From positions 1 to 64,000 of the forward strand of contig CAVQFQ010000005.1 in the NCBI GenBank assembly GCA_963711835.1: DNA of 64,000 nucleotides, in the 5' to 3' direction. The notes beneath the pieces were generated by a model. The model had not been told where the DNA came from and searched no databases. It saw nothing but the letters and a program-made list of their open reading frames with translations. This DNA comes from an uncultured delta proteobacterium. Its GTDB lineage: Bacteria; Desulfobacterota; RBG-13-43-22. The position numbers were made by a program, and so were the translations under genes. Below, piece after piece: positions 46,283-57,006 of the stretch (the stretch's first letter is position 1; each line of letters begins with the position of its first letter).

Positions 46283-47230
46283 CGTCGACGAGCGCGGCGA
46301 GCGGCGTCAGCGGCATGGCGTGCGCCTCCGCGACCCCGCGGTTCGTCACCTCGCCGGCGAAGACGTTCACGCCGAGCGCCAGCACCGGGTCGTGGCGGAT
46401 AGCGCGCTCCCCAACCCTTCGGTTCGCGGATCTCGACGGCGTACGGGGATCGTGACGTTCGTGAGCGCGTACGTCGACGTGCGCGGGACCTCCGCGCCCG
46501 GCATGTTGCCCACGCAGGTAATGGACCACGTCGTGTGACACGTAGGTCCGGATTCCGAATGCGTCGTTCATGCGCGACGTCTCGAAACAGCCCCCCTGAT
46601 CGATCGAGATGTCGACGACGACCGCGCCCGGAGGCATGCCGGCCACCATGTCCTCGGTCACCAGGTGCGGCGCTTTCGCACCCGGGACGAGCGCCGCGCC
46701 GATCACCAGGTCCGCCTGTGCCACGAGCCGCTCGATCGCGAGGCGGCTCGACATAGCCGTCTGGATTCGCCCGCGCCAGATCTGGTCCACGAACCGCAGC
46801 CGCTCGACGTTCTTGTCGACGATCGCGACCTCCGCCTCCATGCCCGCGGCGATCCATGCGGCGTTCGTTCCCCGGCCATGCCCGCACCCAGCACCACGAC
46901 GCGAGCAGGCGAGACGCCCGACGCGCCGCCCATCAGCACGCCGGCCGCCCTTGGGTCGCTCCAGGTTCACCGCGCCGCAGGTGCTGCGCCAGGCGCTGTC
47001 CGGAGCAGGCCGGCGATCTCGGACATCGGCGCCAGGAGCGGCAGACGGCCGTCCCGGAAGCTGCACGGTCTTCGTACGCGACCGCGGCGACCTTTCGCTT
47101 CCGCAACCGCGTTGAGCCGCTCGTCGGCCGCCAGGTGGAGGTATGTGAACAGGATCTGTCCCTCGCGGGAACCGTTCGTACTCCTGCGGCTGCGGCTCCT
47201 TCACCTTGAGGATCATGTCGGCGAGGGCGG
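46283..47230 (-). pseudogene. ald: Alanine dehydrogenase fragment (5'-truncated, many indels)
   Basis: ADMILKVKEP, ADLVIGAALVPGAKAPHLVT, VDISIDQGGCFETSR, LMGGASGVSPARVVVLGAG (other frame); no N-terminal IGVPKE region. Confidence 0.8.
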
Positions 47231-47357
47231 AGGCCTTGGAGTGCGCAAACTTGCTGCGCCCTGGAAAAGCAACTGCGAGGCGGAGGCGGCAGGCTCCGCA
47301 TAACGCGACTCTGCTCAATTCGAGAAAATTCGCGTAATTCGTGGCTGAGAATTCGGG

Positions 47358-49265
47358 TTAATTCGTGGCCCGCTCAGCGGCAATCGGGAGCGTAAAAAGG
47401 AAGATGCTTCCCTTGGCCGGGCTTTCAACCCAAATGCGCCCGCCGTGAGCTTCAACGATTCCTTTGGCGATGGCCAGACCGAGCCCGGTGCCGCGGCGAT
47501 CGTTTCTTTTCCCTTGCCTGAACCGGTCGAAGACATGCGGTGCGAGGCCCGGCTCAATCCCCGGGCCGTCATCTTCAACAAAGAAGCGGAATTCAGAATC
47601 GTCCGCGGCGTAACCCAGCCGGACTCGGCCGCCCTCGGGAGTGAATTTGACTGCGTTGCTCAACAGATTGGCAAAAACCTGCCGAATCCTGGCCTTGTCG
47701 CACAAAACGTATTTTCCCTGGGTTGGCGCCTCGGTCTCGATGGAAATATTTTTGTTTTCGGCAAGCGCCGCGACGCCTCTGACGGCATCCGCCACCAGGT
47801 CGACGGGGTTCTGGCGGTCCACACTTAACGAGAGTTTTCCTGACTCTATGGTGGCAATGTCAAGCTGATTGGCAATGAGTTGTTCTGCCTGCTCGATCGG
47901 ATAGTTCAGCCGTTCGACTATTCTGATGAGCATCTCCCGGGCCATGCCGGATTGCAGCCCCCGCTGCAGAACGTCCTTGGAAAGTTTGATCGCGGCGAGC
48001 GGCGTCCTGAGGTCGTGCGAGACGACGGCCACAAGATCCTCCCGGAGCTGGATCGCCTGTTGGAGTGCGGCTTCGACTTCTTTCGCCCGAGTGACATCCG
48101 TAATCAGCCCCCGCAATCTCAGCAGTCTCCCGCCTGCGTCGCGCGTCACATGAGCTGTCGAGTTCAACCAGTGGAGTGAGCCATCGGGCCACGTCGTGCG
48201 AAATTCGACCGAATAGGAGTTCAGGCGGCCTTCAAAAACGTCGCGGATGATCTGCTCGACCCGCCCCCTGTCCTCAGGCTCGATGCGAGAGTAAAAAGTA
48301 TCCAGCGTCCATGTGGGAAAGTTTTCCTCCTGTCCATAAATCCTGCCATGGCCTCGCGACACCTCAATGACGGGTTTCGCCGGGTCGACTTCCCATGTGG
48401 CCGAGCGCCCCGCTTCGAGGGCAAGCTCCAGGCGCTCTTCACTCTCTTTCAAGAAGGCCCTCGTCCTTTCACTCTCCTGATGGGCCCGTGCGAGATCGTG
48501 AAAGTGCACGGCCGTCGGATTCGTCAGACCGGTTTGAAGAACCGCCCGATATTGACAGTAAACTCCGCAGATCAGCAGAACGTGTCCAAGGAAGTTGAGA
48601 AAATCGTAGGGATCTGAATAGAGGGTGAAGCATATGTCCGTGGCCACCATGAACAGCCCGTTCAGCATGACATACCGGAATACCCGGTCCGAAAACCGGC
48701 TCTTCGCGCGGTACAGCATCGCCATGGAGGCGATAAAGATCCCCGCAATCAGACATTCGGACGCGATCTTGAAAGTCGTGAGTCCCCCGGCGGCAACGAC
48801 AACATTTGGCATGACTCTCAGGAAAACCGCCGAGCAGACCAGGCCGAAAGCCACGATGAATCCCATCAATAGAAGGGAAGCCGATTTGAGCAATCGATGG
48901 ATCAGGGCGGCGCCGAGCATGAATGAAGCGGCTTGAAAGCCTCGTGCGGCAAGCCACAGCTGCGGCGACAGGTTGTCGTCATAATGAGGAAATACGGACA
49001 TACCCGGGAAGGCCAGGCAGTGAAGCATTTCGAAGCAACCCACAAACAGGGCCGAAATGCCCACTATCAGCAGGAACGAATTCTGAAAACGTCTGGTGTT
49101 CCAGGTAAACAGGAAAGTGCTGAAACTGATGGTAGCCGCGGCAATCTCGGTAAGGCTGTGAAACAAAAGGTATTCGTGTTTTATCCACGGGCTGAGGGAT
49201 ATCAGCGCAGCAAAAAGGAGCGGAAGAAACAAAAACGCGGCAATCTCACGTCCACGATCACGCAT
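47358..49265 (-). CDS. MASE3-PAS sensor histidine kinase
   Basis: Multi-TM N-terminus (YLLFHSLTE, PQLWLAAR), PAS (WPDGSLHW), SHDLRTPL H-box, NLLSNAVKFT, DDGPGI, GTGLGLAI. Confidence 0.92.
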   Translation of the reverse strand: MRDRGREIAAFLFLPLLFAALISLSPWIKHEYLLFHSLTEIAAATISFSTFLFTWNTRRFQNSFLLIVGISALFVGCFEMLHCLAFPGMSVFPHYDDNLSPQLWLAARGFQAASFMLGAALIHRLLKSASLLLMGFIVAFGLVCSAVFLRVMPNVVVAAGGLTTFKIASECLIAGIFIASMAMLYRAKSRFSDRVFRYVMLNGLFMVATDICFTLYSDPYDFLNFLGHVLLICGVYCQYRAVLQTGLTNPTAVHFHDLARAHQESERTRAFLKESEERLELALEAGRSATWEVDPAKPVIEVSRGHGRIYGQEENFPTWTLDTFYSRIEPEDRGRVEQIIRDVFEGRLNSYSVEFRTTWPDGSLHWLNSTAHVTRDAGGRLLRLRGLITDVTRAKEVEAALQQAIQLREDLVAVVSHDLRTPLAAIKLSKDVLQRGLQSGMAREMLIRIVERLNYPIEQAEQLIANQLDIATIESGKLSLSVDRQNPVDLVADAVRGVAALAENKNISIETEAPTQGKYVLCDKARIRQVFANLLSNAVKFTPEGGRVRLGYAADDSEFRFFVEDDGPGIEPGLAPHVFDRFRQGKRNDRRGTGLGLAIAKGIVEAHGGRIWVESPAKGSIFLFTLPIAAERATN

Positions 49266-49476
49266 CTATCATTTCTAACATGGAGTGTCCGCGAATCCAG
49301 TGGCATTTTCAGAAATCGGGTTTATCGCAGGGAAAAGGGCAGGCCCTGAAGCCTTGCCGGCGTCAGGGGTTGCTGCGACGGCAGCTTTTTGACTTTTCAC
49401 GGGGGAGCGCGCGGCCGCGCGCCATGCTATCATCCAACTCAAAGCGGTGAATCTCGAAAGGAGGTTCGGAATCGAT

Positions 49477-50713
49477 ATGCCAAACTCACGCAGGGTCACG
49501 GCACTATTGCCGGTGTTGTTACTCGCCGCGAGCCTTTCAAACTTCGTTTTTGCCCAGCAGGTTGTTCCCGGCATCGAGGTGCTCGTCACCGAGCAGACAT
49601 CCCTGATCAAGGGAAAGCGCATCGGGTTGATTACGAATCACACCGCGGTTGACCGACAGATGCGTCACGACATCGACTTGCTGGCGAATCTGCCCGGCGT
49701 GAAGCTGACCGCGCTTTTTGCGCCGGAACACGGGATTCGCGGCATGGCTCAGGCCGGCGGCAAGGTTGTGAATGCGCCTGATGAACGGACTGGAGTTACG
49801 ATTTACAGCATTTATGGCCAGACCCTTCGACCCACACCGGAGATGCTCAAGGATGTCGATGTGCTCATTTTTGACATCCAGGACGTGGGCGTCCGGTTTT
49901 ATACCTACATTTCAACGATGGGCGAAGGCATGGAGGCAGCCGCCGACAAGGGGATTCCGTATATCGTGCTCGACCGACCCAACCCTCTGGCGGACACAGC
50001 GATTGAAGGGCGGATGCTGGACCTGGCGCGATTCAAATCCTTCGTGGGGGCATACGCGGTGCCGATTCGATATGGCCTCACGATCGGCGAACTGGCGGAA
50101 TTCGTCAAAGCCGGAATGAAAAAAGAGGTCAAGCTTACGGTCGTGAAGATGAAAAATTACAATCGCAGTCTCTGGTACGACCAGACAGGGCTGCCCTGGA
50201 TTGCGCCCTCCCCGAATATTCCGTCCATGGCGACGACCATTGTTTATCCGGGGATGTGCCTGTTCGAAGGAACGAATCTCTCCGAGGGAAGAGGAACAAC
50301 ACAACCATTCGAAATGATCGGGGCACCCTGGATCCGACGGTCTCAAGCTCGCCGATGAACTGACAGCCCTCAAGCTCGGAGGGGTGCTCTTCCGGCCCGC
50401 TTCTTTCACGCCCTATTTTTCCAAATACCAGGGGCAGGGATGCCATGGGATTCAGGTCCACGTAACGGATCGGCGGGCCTATCAGCCGGTGCGCGTGGCG
50501 CTCCACATCCTGACTGTTCTGAAGAAAATCTATCCGACACAGTTTCAGTGGAGGGAAAGCTTGATCGATCGTCTTACGGGTTCGGACGAGGTGCGACTAG
50601 CGATCGACGCGGGCAAAACCGTCGATCAGATCCTGGCCTCATGGCAGGAGGGCCTGAAGGCCTACGAGGCCGCTCGTCGCAAGGTCCTGCTGTACGGGGA
50701 CGGACCAAGATAA
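49477..50713 (+). CDS. DUF1343 / exo-beta-N-acetylmuramidase NamZ-family protein; frameshift near 50337
   Basis: GLITNHT, LFAPEHG, FDIQDVGVRFYTY, LDRPNP, SEGRGTTQPFE; C-terminus in ORF 50384..50713. Confidence 0.9.
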
Positions 50714-50847
50714 TTCTAACATTCCAGGCAAGTTAACTGCTGTTGGCGCTTCAAAAACAGGGCTTAGACGCAATTTTGGACCTCCTTTTTTGCATCTAAG
50801 CTCTGCCGAACGGTTACGACCAAGATTTATCGTTCTTCAACATCGGA

Positions 50848-50882
50848 TCCGGTGGCCTAATTAATAAGCTAGGGCCACCGGC
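50848..50882. terminator. Hairpin between convergent genes (CCGGTGGCC...GGCCACCGG)
   Basis: GC stem with an AT-rich loop; a second hairpin lies at ~50762-50802. Confidence 0.4.
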
Positions 50883-51009
50883 ACGGTTTCGGGCACAATT
50901 CGGCGCGACCGCATGGGCCAGCGAACCGACCGCAGGCCGGGTTGGACCAATGTCCAATTCGACTGGTCCATATCACGAGGCGTTTACACACCATCGCAGC
51001 GTGAATGCT

Positions 51010-51408
51010 CTACAGAACCGCGTCCACTTCCATCTCGATGAGCATGCGCGCGTCGATCAGGCGCGACACTTCGACCATGGTCGCGCAGGGCCGCACTTCG
51101 TGGAAAAATTCGCCGTGAGCCCGGCCGTATTCCTCCCAACGGGAGATGTCGGTTACGAACATTCTGGTTCGGACCACATCGGCAAGCGATCCGCCCAACG
51201 CCTGCAAAGCTTTCTCGATGTTTCGAATCACCTGGATTGTCTGCGCGTAGGCGTCACCGACTCCGACAATTTCTCCAGCCTGGTCGGTAGCCGTTGTGCC
51301 GGTGACAAAGATCTGATCTCCGGTCCGCAAAGCCCGCGAGTATCCGATGATCGGCTCCCATTCTGTCCCGGACGAATATTTTCTTTTTTCACTCACCAAC
51401 ACCTTCAT
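51010..51408 (-). CDS. RidA/YjgF/UK114 family protein
   Basis: WEPIIGYSRA, DVVRTRMFVTD, RPCATMVEV, IEMEVDA. Confidence 0.92.
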   Translation of the reverse strand: MKVLVSEKRKYSSGTEWEPIIGYSRALRTGDQIFVTGTTATDQAGEIVGVGDAYAQTIQVIRNIEKALQALGGSLADVVRTRMFVTDISRWEEYGRAHGEFFHEVRPCATMVEVSRLIDARMLIEMEVDAVL

Positions 51409-51460
51409 TAGCTCTTAGGGGTAAGCTCCGCGCAATTGAGATCTCTTGCGCTCGACCCAG

Positions 51461-51739
51461 AGGAGCCTGTCCGAGAATTCGGAGGGGTCGCGCGCATGGG
51501 GCTTGCGAGGCGAGCTCGAGGCGCGAGGAGGAAGGCGATGTCGGTGCACATCGTCGACGACGAGCAACGAAGAGATCGCCCGCAATCCCCATGCGCCCTT
51601 CGGGTTCCGGCGGCGCGGGGGCATCTGCTGCGTTGGCGCTCCTCGACGATGTACACCGACATCGCCTGCGTCGCGCCGCCTTGCATCTGCCCCCGCGGCG
51701 CTCGGAACGCGGCCCCTCCCAATTCTCGGACAGGCTCCT
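51461..51739. mobile_element. MITE-like element, 279 bp, 31-bp imperfect terminal inverted repeats
   Basis: AGGAGCCTGTCCGAGAATTCGGAGGGGTCGC ... GCGGCCCCTCCCAATTCTCGGACAGGCTCCT (2 mismatches), plus an internal 28-bp inverted pair. Confidence 0.85.
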
Positions 51740-51783
51740 AGTCACTGGGGACAACGACGTCCCAGGAGACCTGGACTCTACAA

Positions 51784-52459
51784 TCAGAAGCGGTAGCTGA
51801 TCCCGAGCTGGACAACAGGGAAAAACCTGTATTTTTCCACCTCGCGGTTGAGCTGCAGCACTTCCTTCGCGAGATCCTGCTGCAGCAGCGGTGTGGTTAT
51901 GGACGTCTGGAGCGTGATAGACGGGCGCCCGTGATACATGCCGCCCAAATCCACGAAAAAGCCCCAGTGTCCCCTCTTCTTCACCGGATTGTTGAAGCCG
52001 ATTCCGAAGTAGGGGGCCACACGGTTAAATTTCGCCTTTCCCGTCAGTTGCCCGATCTCCGGCAGGCTGTAACGCCGGTCGCCGATCTCGAGCGTCTGGC
52101 CTGCGGCAGTTGCTGTCACCTCGTTCAGGTTGATGATCAGTCCTCCGCCGAGACGAAACCAGTTCCTGAACGGGAAGACGTCAAGGGCGATCGGCACTGC
52201 GCCAAGCTTGAGCTTTCCATTGTAACCGATGCCGCTCTCACGGAAATCGCCGCTGTATGAGTAGAAACCGGCTCCCGCCCGCACGTTGAGAATCCCCGGC
52301 ACGAGTGAACAGCTTAAATCGGCGCCGATCCCCAGGGTTCCGAGCTTGGCGTCGACCGCACACGCCCTTCGGCTCTCGTTTTCCTGAGGCAGTGCCGGGT
52401 GAGGGAAACAAGAAAAAAAACACCAGAATCGTGGAGGGAACCAAACCTTTTGTCATCAT
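51784..52459 (-). CDS. Putative outer-membrane beta-barrel protein (frameshifted 5' part)
   Basis: Signal-like N-terminus, amphipathic strands, APYFGIGF, C-terminal VQLGISYRF (terminal Phe). Confidence 0.7.
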
Positions 52460-52942
52460 CGGAAGACCTCGTCTCAGACGGTAATCACGGCAAGGCATCG
52501 ACGATCCCATGACAATTCTCCTGCCCGCCCGACCCGAGAAGCTGGTGAGATGCAATCGAAAAACGCTTTCATGGTAACACGATATCGTCCGCTGTGAACC
52601 TGATGATATGACTGACGTCAGTCCCTCGGCCACATGCAGGCTTGCCGCTCTGTCGATAGCGATGCAAGGGCCCAGCGCTTCTGTTCCAGCTTCTCGTCTC
52701 CCTTGATACTGATGCGGCGGCTGACCGTCTTCCCCGCCGGGAATACCGCCCCAACCTGCCCACCCAGCGCCATCTTTAAAATTCGATTTATCATATCGCG
52801 CTATTGACGGTCCTGTGTCAGCCCAGGAAATGACGTCTATCGCAAATAGGGGAGTGTCTCCCCGATTTCGGGCTGCAGGATGCACCTTCACCGGCTGACA
52901 AACACAAATCGACGTCATAACCGTGCAACAGATATTCTGTTC

Positions 52943-53009
52943 ATTCAATGAATTAGCAAGACAGTAAGCTAGGGCTTCAGATGAATCGGGGGCTGGCCTT
53001 TCTCTTGCA
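52943..53009 (+). promoter_or_regulatory. Putative sigma-54 promoter with upstream IHF-like site
   Basis: TGGC-CTTTCTC-TTGCA at 52994-53009 (correct -24/-12 spacing); ATTCAATGAATTA at 52943-52955 (one mismatch to WATCAANNNNTTR). Confidence 0.5.
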
Positions 53010-53082
53010 CTTGGTGATTCCGGTCACCAAATTACAGAATCCGGTTTGAAACCAGAGAATAATTTTCTGCGAGGTCTGAGCG

Positions 53083-53376
53083 ATGGCATACAGTGGAGAC
53101 AATGGGACTCAACAAGATCAGCGCCAATCAACTCCATCAGCGCCAACTTTTGCGCCAGTGCAGGATACCGTACGGGATCGAAGCATCAACAGATCGGAAG
53201 CGAAGCGCTACTCGATGGTCCTGCACGGTCCAAGAATCGACTGGAGCGAAAAATGCGTAGGGTGTGACCACCCCAGGAGGAATCACTCTCGCGCCATGGG
53301 GGGCTGCATGTCTTGGGACGACGAGAACTACAAAGGATATTGCCGTTGCGGCGGCTTCAAGCCCCGGCCCAGATGA
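53083..53376 (+). CDS. Small Cys/His-rich putative zinc-binding protein (alternative start 53215)
   Basis: CVGCDHPRRNH...GC...YCRCGGF pattern; GAGG upstream of the ATG at 53083. Confidence 0.55.
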   Translation: MAYSGDNGTQQDQRQSTPSAPTFAPVQDTVRDRSINRSEAKRYSMVLHGPRIDWSEKCVGCDHPRRNHSRAMGGCMSWDDENYKGYCRCGGFKPRPR

Positions 53377-53636
53377 AGAATCACTTCGCATATCGGTCTC
53401 TTTGTTCGACTCTGCCGCGAAGCCGGGCTGGCCGCTGCATCACGCATTTCAGCTCGTGAATTCGTGACTGATTTTGGGGAGGCTCGAAGATTCCAGGAAT
53501 CTCGAAATTATCCGAGTGGTGTTTCGGAGCGATCCATGCGCGGGGGGCGCCCGTGTAGCGTGAAGATGGATGTATCGGGGCTTGGTTTCCGTAGGCCGAG
53601 GTCTCTAACCTGGCGCTGTTTCCACAAGCGAGGCTT

Positions 53637-53777
53637 AGAAGCTGTGAAAAAATGCTTGGAGCCTCAAAAGACTTAACGCAGAGAGCGCAAAGACCGCAAA
53701 GGACGCTGAGAAAACTCTGCGTTTCTCTGCGCCCTCGGCGTTCTCCGCGTCGAGGTTTTGATTTTTTCACAGCTTCT
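53637..53777. mobile_element. MITE-like element, 141 bp, perfect 17-bp terminal inverted repeats
   Basis: AGAAGCTGTGAAAAAAT ... ATTTTTTCACAGCTTCT; internal ACGCAGAG/CTCTGCGT REP-like repeats. Confidence 0.8.
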
Positions 53778-53921
53778 CACGGTCGCGGCTCTGTTATCTT
53801 GCCTCATGGCATGACATTGCGATAAGCGACCCGCAAAAACTATGCGGCATTAGGCGGGACGCCGGCCGTCGCAGGATTCCGAGGAGGTTCTGGCTGAATT
53901 CGTTCGAATTCGTGGCCTGTT

Positions 53922-56744
53922 TCACTTGCCAGACTGCGACGGCTTGCTGCCCACGGATTGCATGTTCGCGTCATAAACTTCGAGCGGACCGAGATCGAGT
54001 TTCTTCAACTCCGGCTCCACAGCGGACCGGTCGCCGACAACCACAATCACCATCTTGTCGGGCGACAGGTATTTCTGCGCCACCCGCTGAACCTCCGCTA
54101 TAATCACCGCCTCGATTTTCCTGGGCAAAGAGCTGTAGTAGTCAAGGGGTAGCCGATAAATGAACAGATTCGAGGTGGTGGCTGCCGTCTGGCCCGTGGT
54201 TTCAAAAATGCTCGTCAATCCGCGTACGAGGGCCTCCCTGGCCATCGCCAACTCTTCCGGCTTGACCTGCGTTTCGCGCATTTGGACCAATTCGGCAAAT
54301 ACCTCCTTGACCGAGGGCGCCGTCGCGTCGGTTCGGACCATCGTGCTCACGTAAAACGGTCCAGGGCTGCGCCGATAGTTGAAGGCGGAGAATGCACCGT
54401 AGGTGTAGCCGTGAGCCTCGCGCAGATTCAAGTTGATCCGGCTCGAAAACAAGCCTCCGAGGATCGCGTTCATGACCTGGACGGAAACGTAGTCCGGGTT
54501 GTCCCGCGCCAAACCGACCTGACCGATCTGCAGGACGCTTTGCGGCGATTTGGGTTTGTCGACAATCACAATGTGCCGCGTCATCGTCGAGGATACCGTG
54601 GGAGGTTGAGAAGGAGCAGCGGCTGCCGACCAACCGCCAAAATATTTTTCAGCCAGAGACTTAAGCTGCGACCCGTTGATGTCGCCGGCAACGACCAGAG
54701 CGGCGTTCTTCGGGCCAAAGCCGGCCTTGTAGAAATCCAGCAAGTCCCCGCGATCGATCCCCTGTACGGACTCCTTTGTGCCGATTTCCAGGTATCCGTA
54801 GGGGCTGTTTTCGCCGTACACCTGACGGTTGAACATGCGGCCGGCGAGATCGTTGGGGTTGTCGGCCTGCTGCAGCAGCGTGGTGAGCCGGCGCTGGCGC
54901 ACGCGATCGATTTCCTCGCCGCGAAAAGCGGGATGAAGAGCGACGTCGGAGAGCAGATCAAACAGCTTGTCAGTATTTCTGGTCAAAGCGCCGCCGGAGA
55001 TGCGCGTGGCGTCCATGCTGGATCCCGCACTGAGCGATGCCCCGATCTGTGCAATGTCGTCGGCAAGTTGCGGCGAAGTCCGTTTGTCGGTGCCTTCCGT
55101 CAGCATGGATGCGGTGAATGAGGCCAGCCCGGGCTTGGCGGCAGGATTGCTGTCGCTGCCGCGCAGCACCGCGATTTCCGCGCTGAATACCGGCAGATTG
55201 TGCTGTTCCATCAGAAGCACGGTCATGCCATTGGCCAGCTTGAATTCAACGGGCACGGGCAACTTCACGGCGATGGATTTGCCGGGCCTGGGAGGCGTGT
55301 CGCGCCATTCATCTCCGCCCGGTCCACCGGGCATCTTCTGTTGTTGTGCGGTCTTCGGATCGGGCGCCGCGGCACATCATGAATGACTTTCTCGCCGGGA
55401 ACGCCATAGACCACCACGCGCGAATTCGTCGTAAGACGCATCGCGACCTTCTGCACCGATGCCGGCGTTGCGCTTTCATAGCGCGCCAGATCCTTCGGCA
55501 GGTGACCGGGATCGCCGAGATAATGGTTGTACTGATTGAGAACATCGGCGACTCCGCCGAATCCACCGAAGCGCTGGAGTCCCTGGATCATTCCGGTCTG
55601 AATCGTGTTGCGCGCACGCTCCATCTCTGCCGGCGTCGGGCCGCTCTTCCGCAGAGCGTCGAGTTCGTCGTCGATCGCCTTTTCGAGATCTTCCGGCTTC
55701 ACACCGGGCCTGGCCGTGGCGGCGATCTGGAACACTGAACCGAGAATAAGTGAGTTCTGTGAGGCGCTGACGTCCTGCGCAATCTGCTTTTCATACACCA
55801 GCTTCTTGTACAGACGGCTGGACTTGCCTCCGCCGAGTATGCGCGCCAGCATGTCGGCTTCGGCATCTCCCGGCTTGTAAATCGGCGCCGTTATCCAGGC
55901 CATGTAGACGCGCGGCAGCTGGACTTTGTCGGTCACGGTCACGCGTCGTTCGCGGTGATGGGCGGGGTCACGGCCTCGATCTTCGGCACCGGCGGACCGG
56001 ACGGAATCGGCCCAAAGTACTTCTCCACGGAAGCCTTGATCGTCTTGGGATCGAAATCGCCGACAATCGCCAGGCTCGAGTTGTTCGGCGCGTAGTACTG
56101 CTTGAAGAAGTCGCGCACGTCGTTCAGCTCGGCGGCTTCGATGTCGGCGTGCGAACCGATCACGTTCCCATAGTAGGGATGATCTTTGGGGAACAGCTGA
56201 TGAAACAGCTCCTCTTCCACCAGCATGTAGGGTGAGTTTTCGCCCTGGCGCCGCTCGTTGCGCACCACGTCGCGCTGGGTGGTCAGCTTGCGCTGATCGA
56301 GCTTGTCCAGAAGCCAACCCATGCGGTCGCTCTCGAGCCAAAGGGCCAGCTCCAGTTGGTTGGCGGGCATGGTTTCGAAATAATTGGTGCGGTCGAAGTC
56401 GGTGGTGCCGTTGATCACGTGGCGCCGGCCGACTCCAGCACCTGGAACGGCTGATCGCCGGCGTGCTTCGAGCCCTGGAACATCATGTGCTCGAACAGGT
56501 GGGCAAAGCCGGTGCGGCCGGGCCGCTCATTCGCCGGCCCGACGTGATACCAAAGGTCGACGGCCACAAGAGGCAGGCGGTGGTCCTCGCTCAAGATCAC
56601 TTCGAGCCCATTCGCCAGTTTGTATTTTTCGAATTTGATCGCGGGAAAGACTTCCGGTTTTGCCTGCGGCCATGCCGTTAGCGCCGGCAAGAATGCCGTC
56701 ATCACAAGCACAGGAATCAATATAACCCGCCTCGACTGCTTCAT
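53922..56744 (-). CDS. M16 family zinc metallopeptidase (pitrilysin/PqqL-like), split by frameshifts
   Basis: GFAHLFEHMMFQGS (inverted HxxEH), NGTTDFDRTNYFE, LESDRM, GGLFSSRINLNLREAHGYTYG; spans four ORFs. Confidence 0.9.
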
Positions 56745-57006
56745 AAAACGTGCTCCTTGAATTGATTGAGAGTGAGTCGGGGGGAAACGCGACCGGCATT
56801 AAAACCGTCCCATTTGATTATACCCCCAGCGCCGCTGTGTCAAGTTGCGTCAGGCGCGGAGGGCGCGACCTAACGCGATATCGCGGGCAAGGCGCCTTAT
56901 CGCGTCGTGAACGTTTTCGGACTTCTTCGAATCAAATTGAGGTGTGGGGAGCGGGGGTTCAACGTCGCACCTTATTCGTTCTTCACGCGTTGCAGGAGGT
57001 TTATAT

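Noticed and set aside
46041-47318. 425-aa ORF as an intact Ald fusion
   Set aside because: It is a patchwork of in-frame and out-of-frame ald pieces plus flanking DNA across two junctions.
52238-52948. 236-aa ORF upstream of the OMP gene
   Set aside because: Only its last part resembles the frameshifted OMP signal region; the rest lacks protein-like composition and overlaps a probable regulatory region.
53590-53640. Integron attC site (CTCTAACCTGGCGCTG...)
   Set aside because: No properly spaced GTTRRRY partner, no cassette array and no integrase; better explained as a REP-like hairpin.
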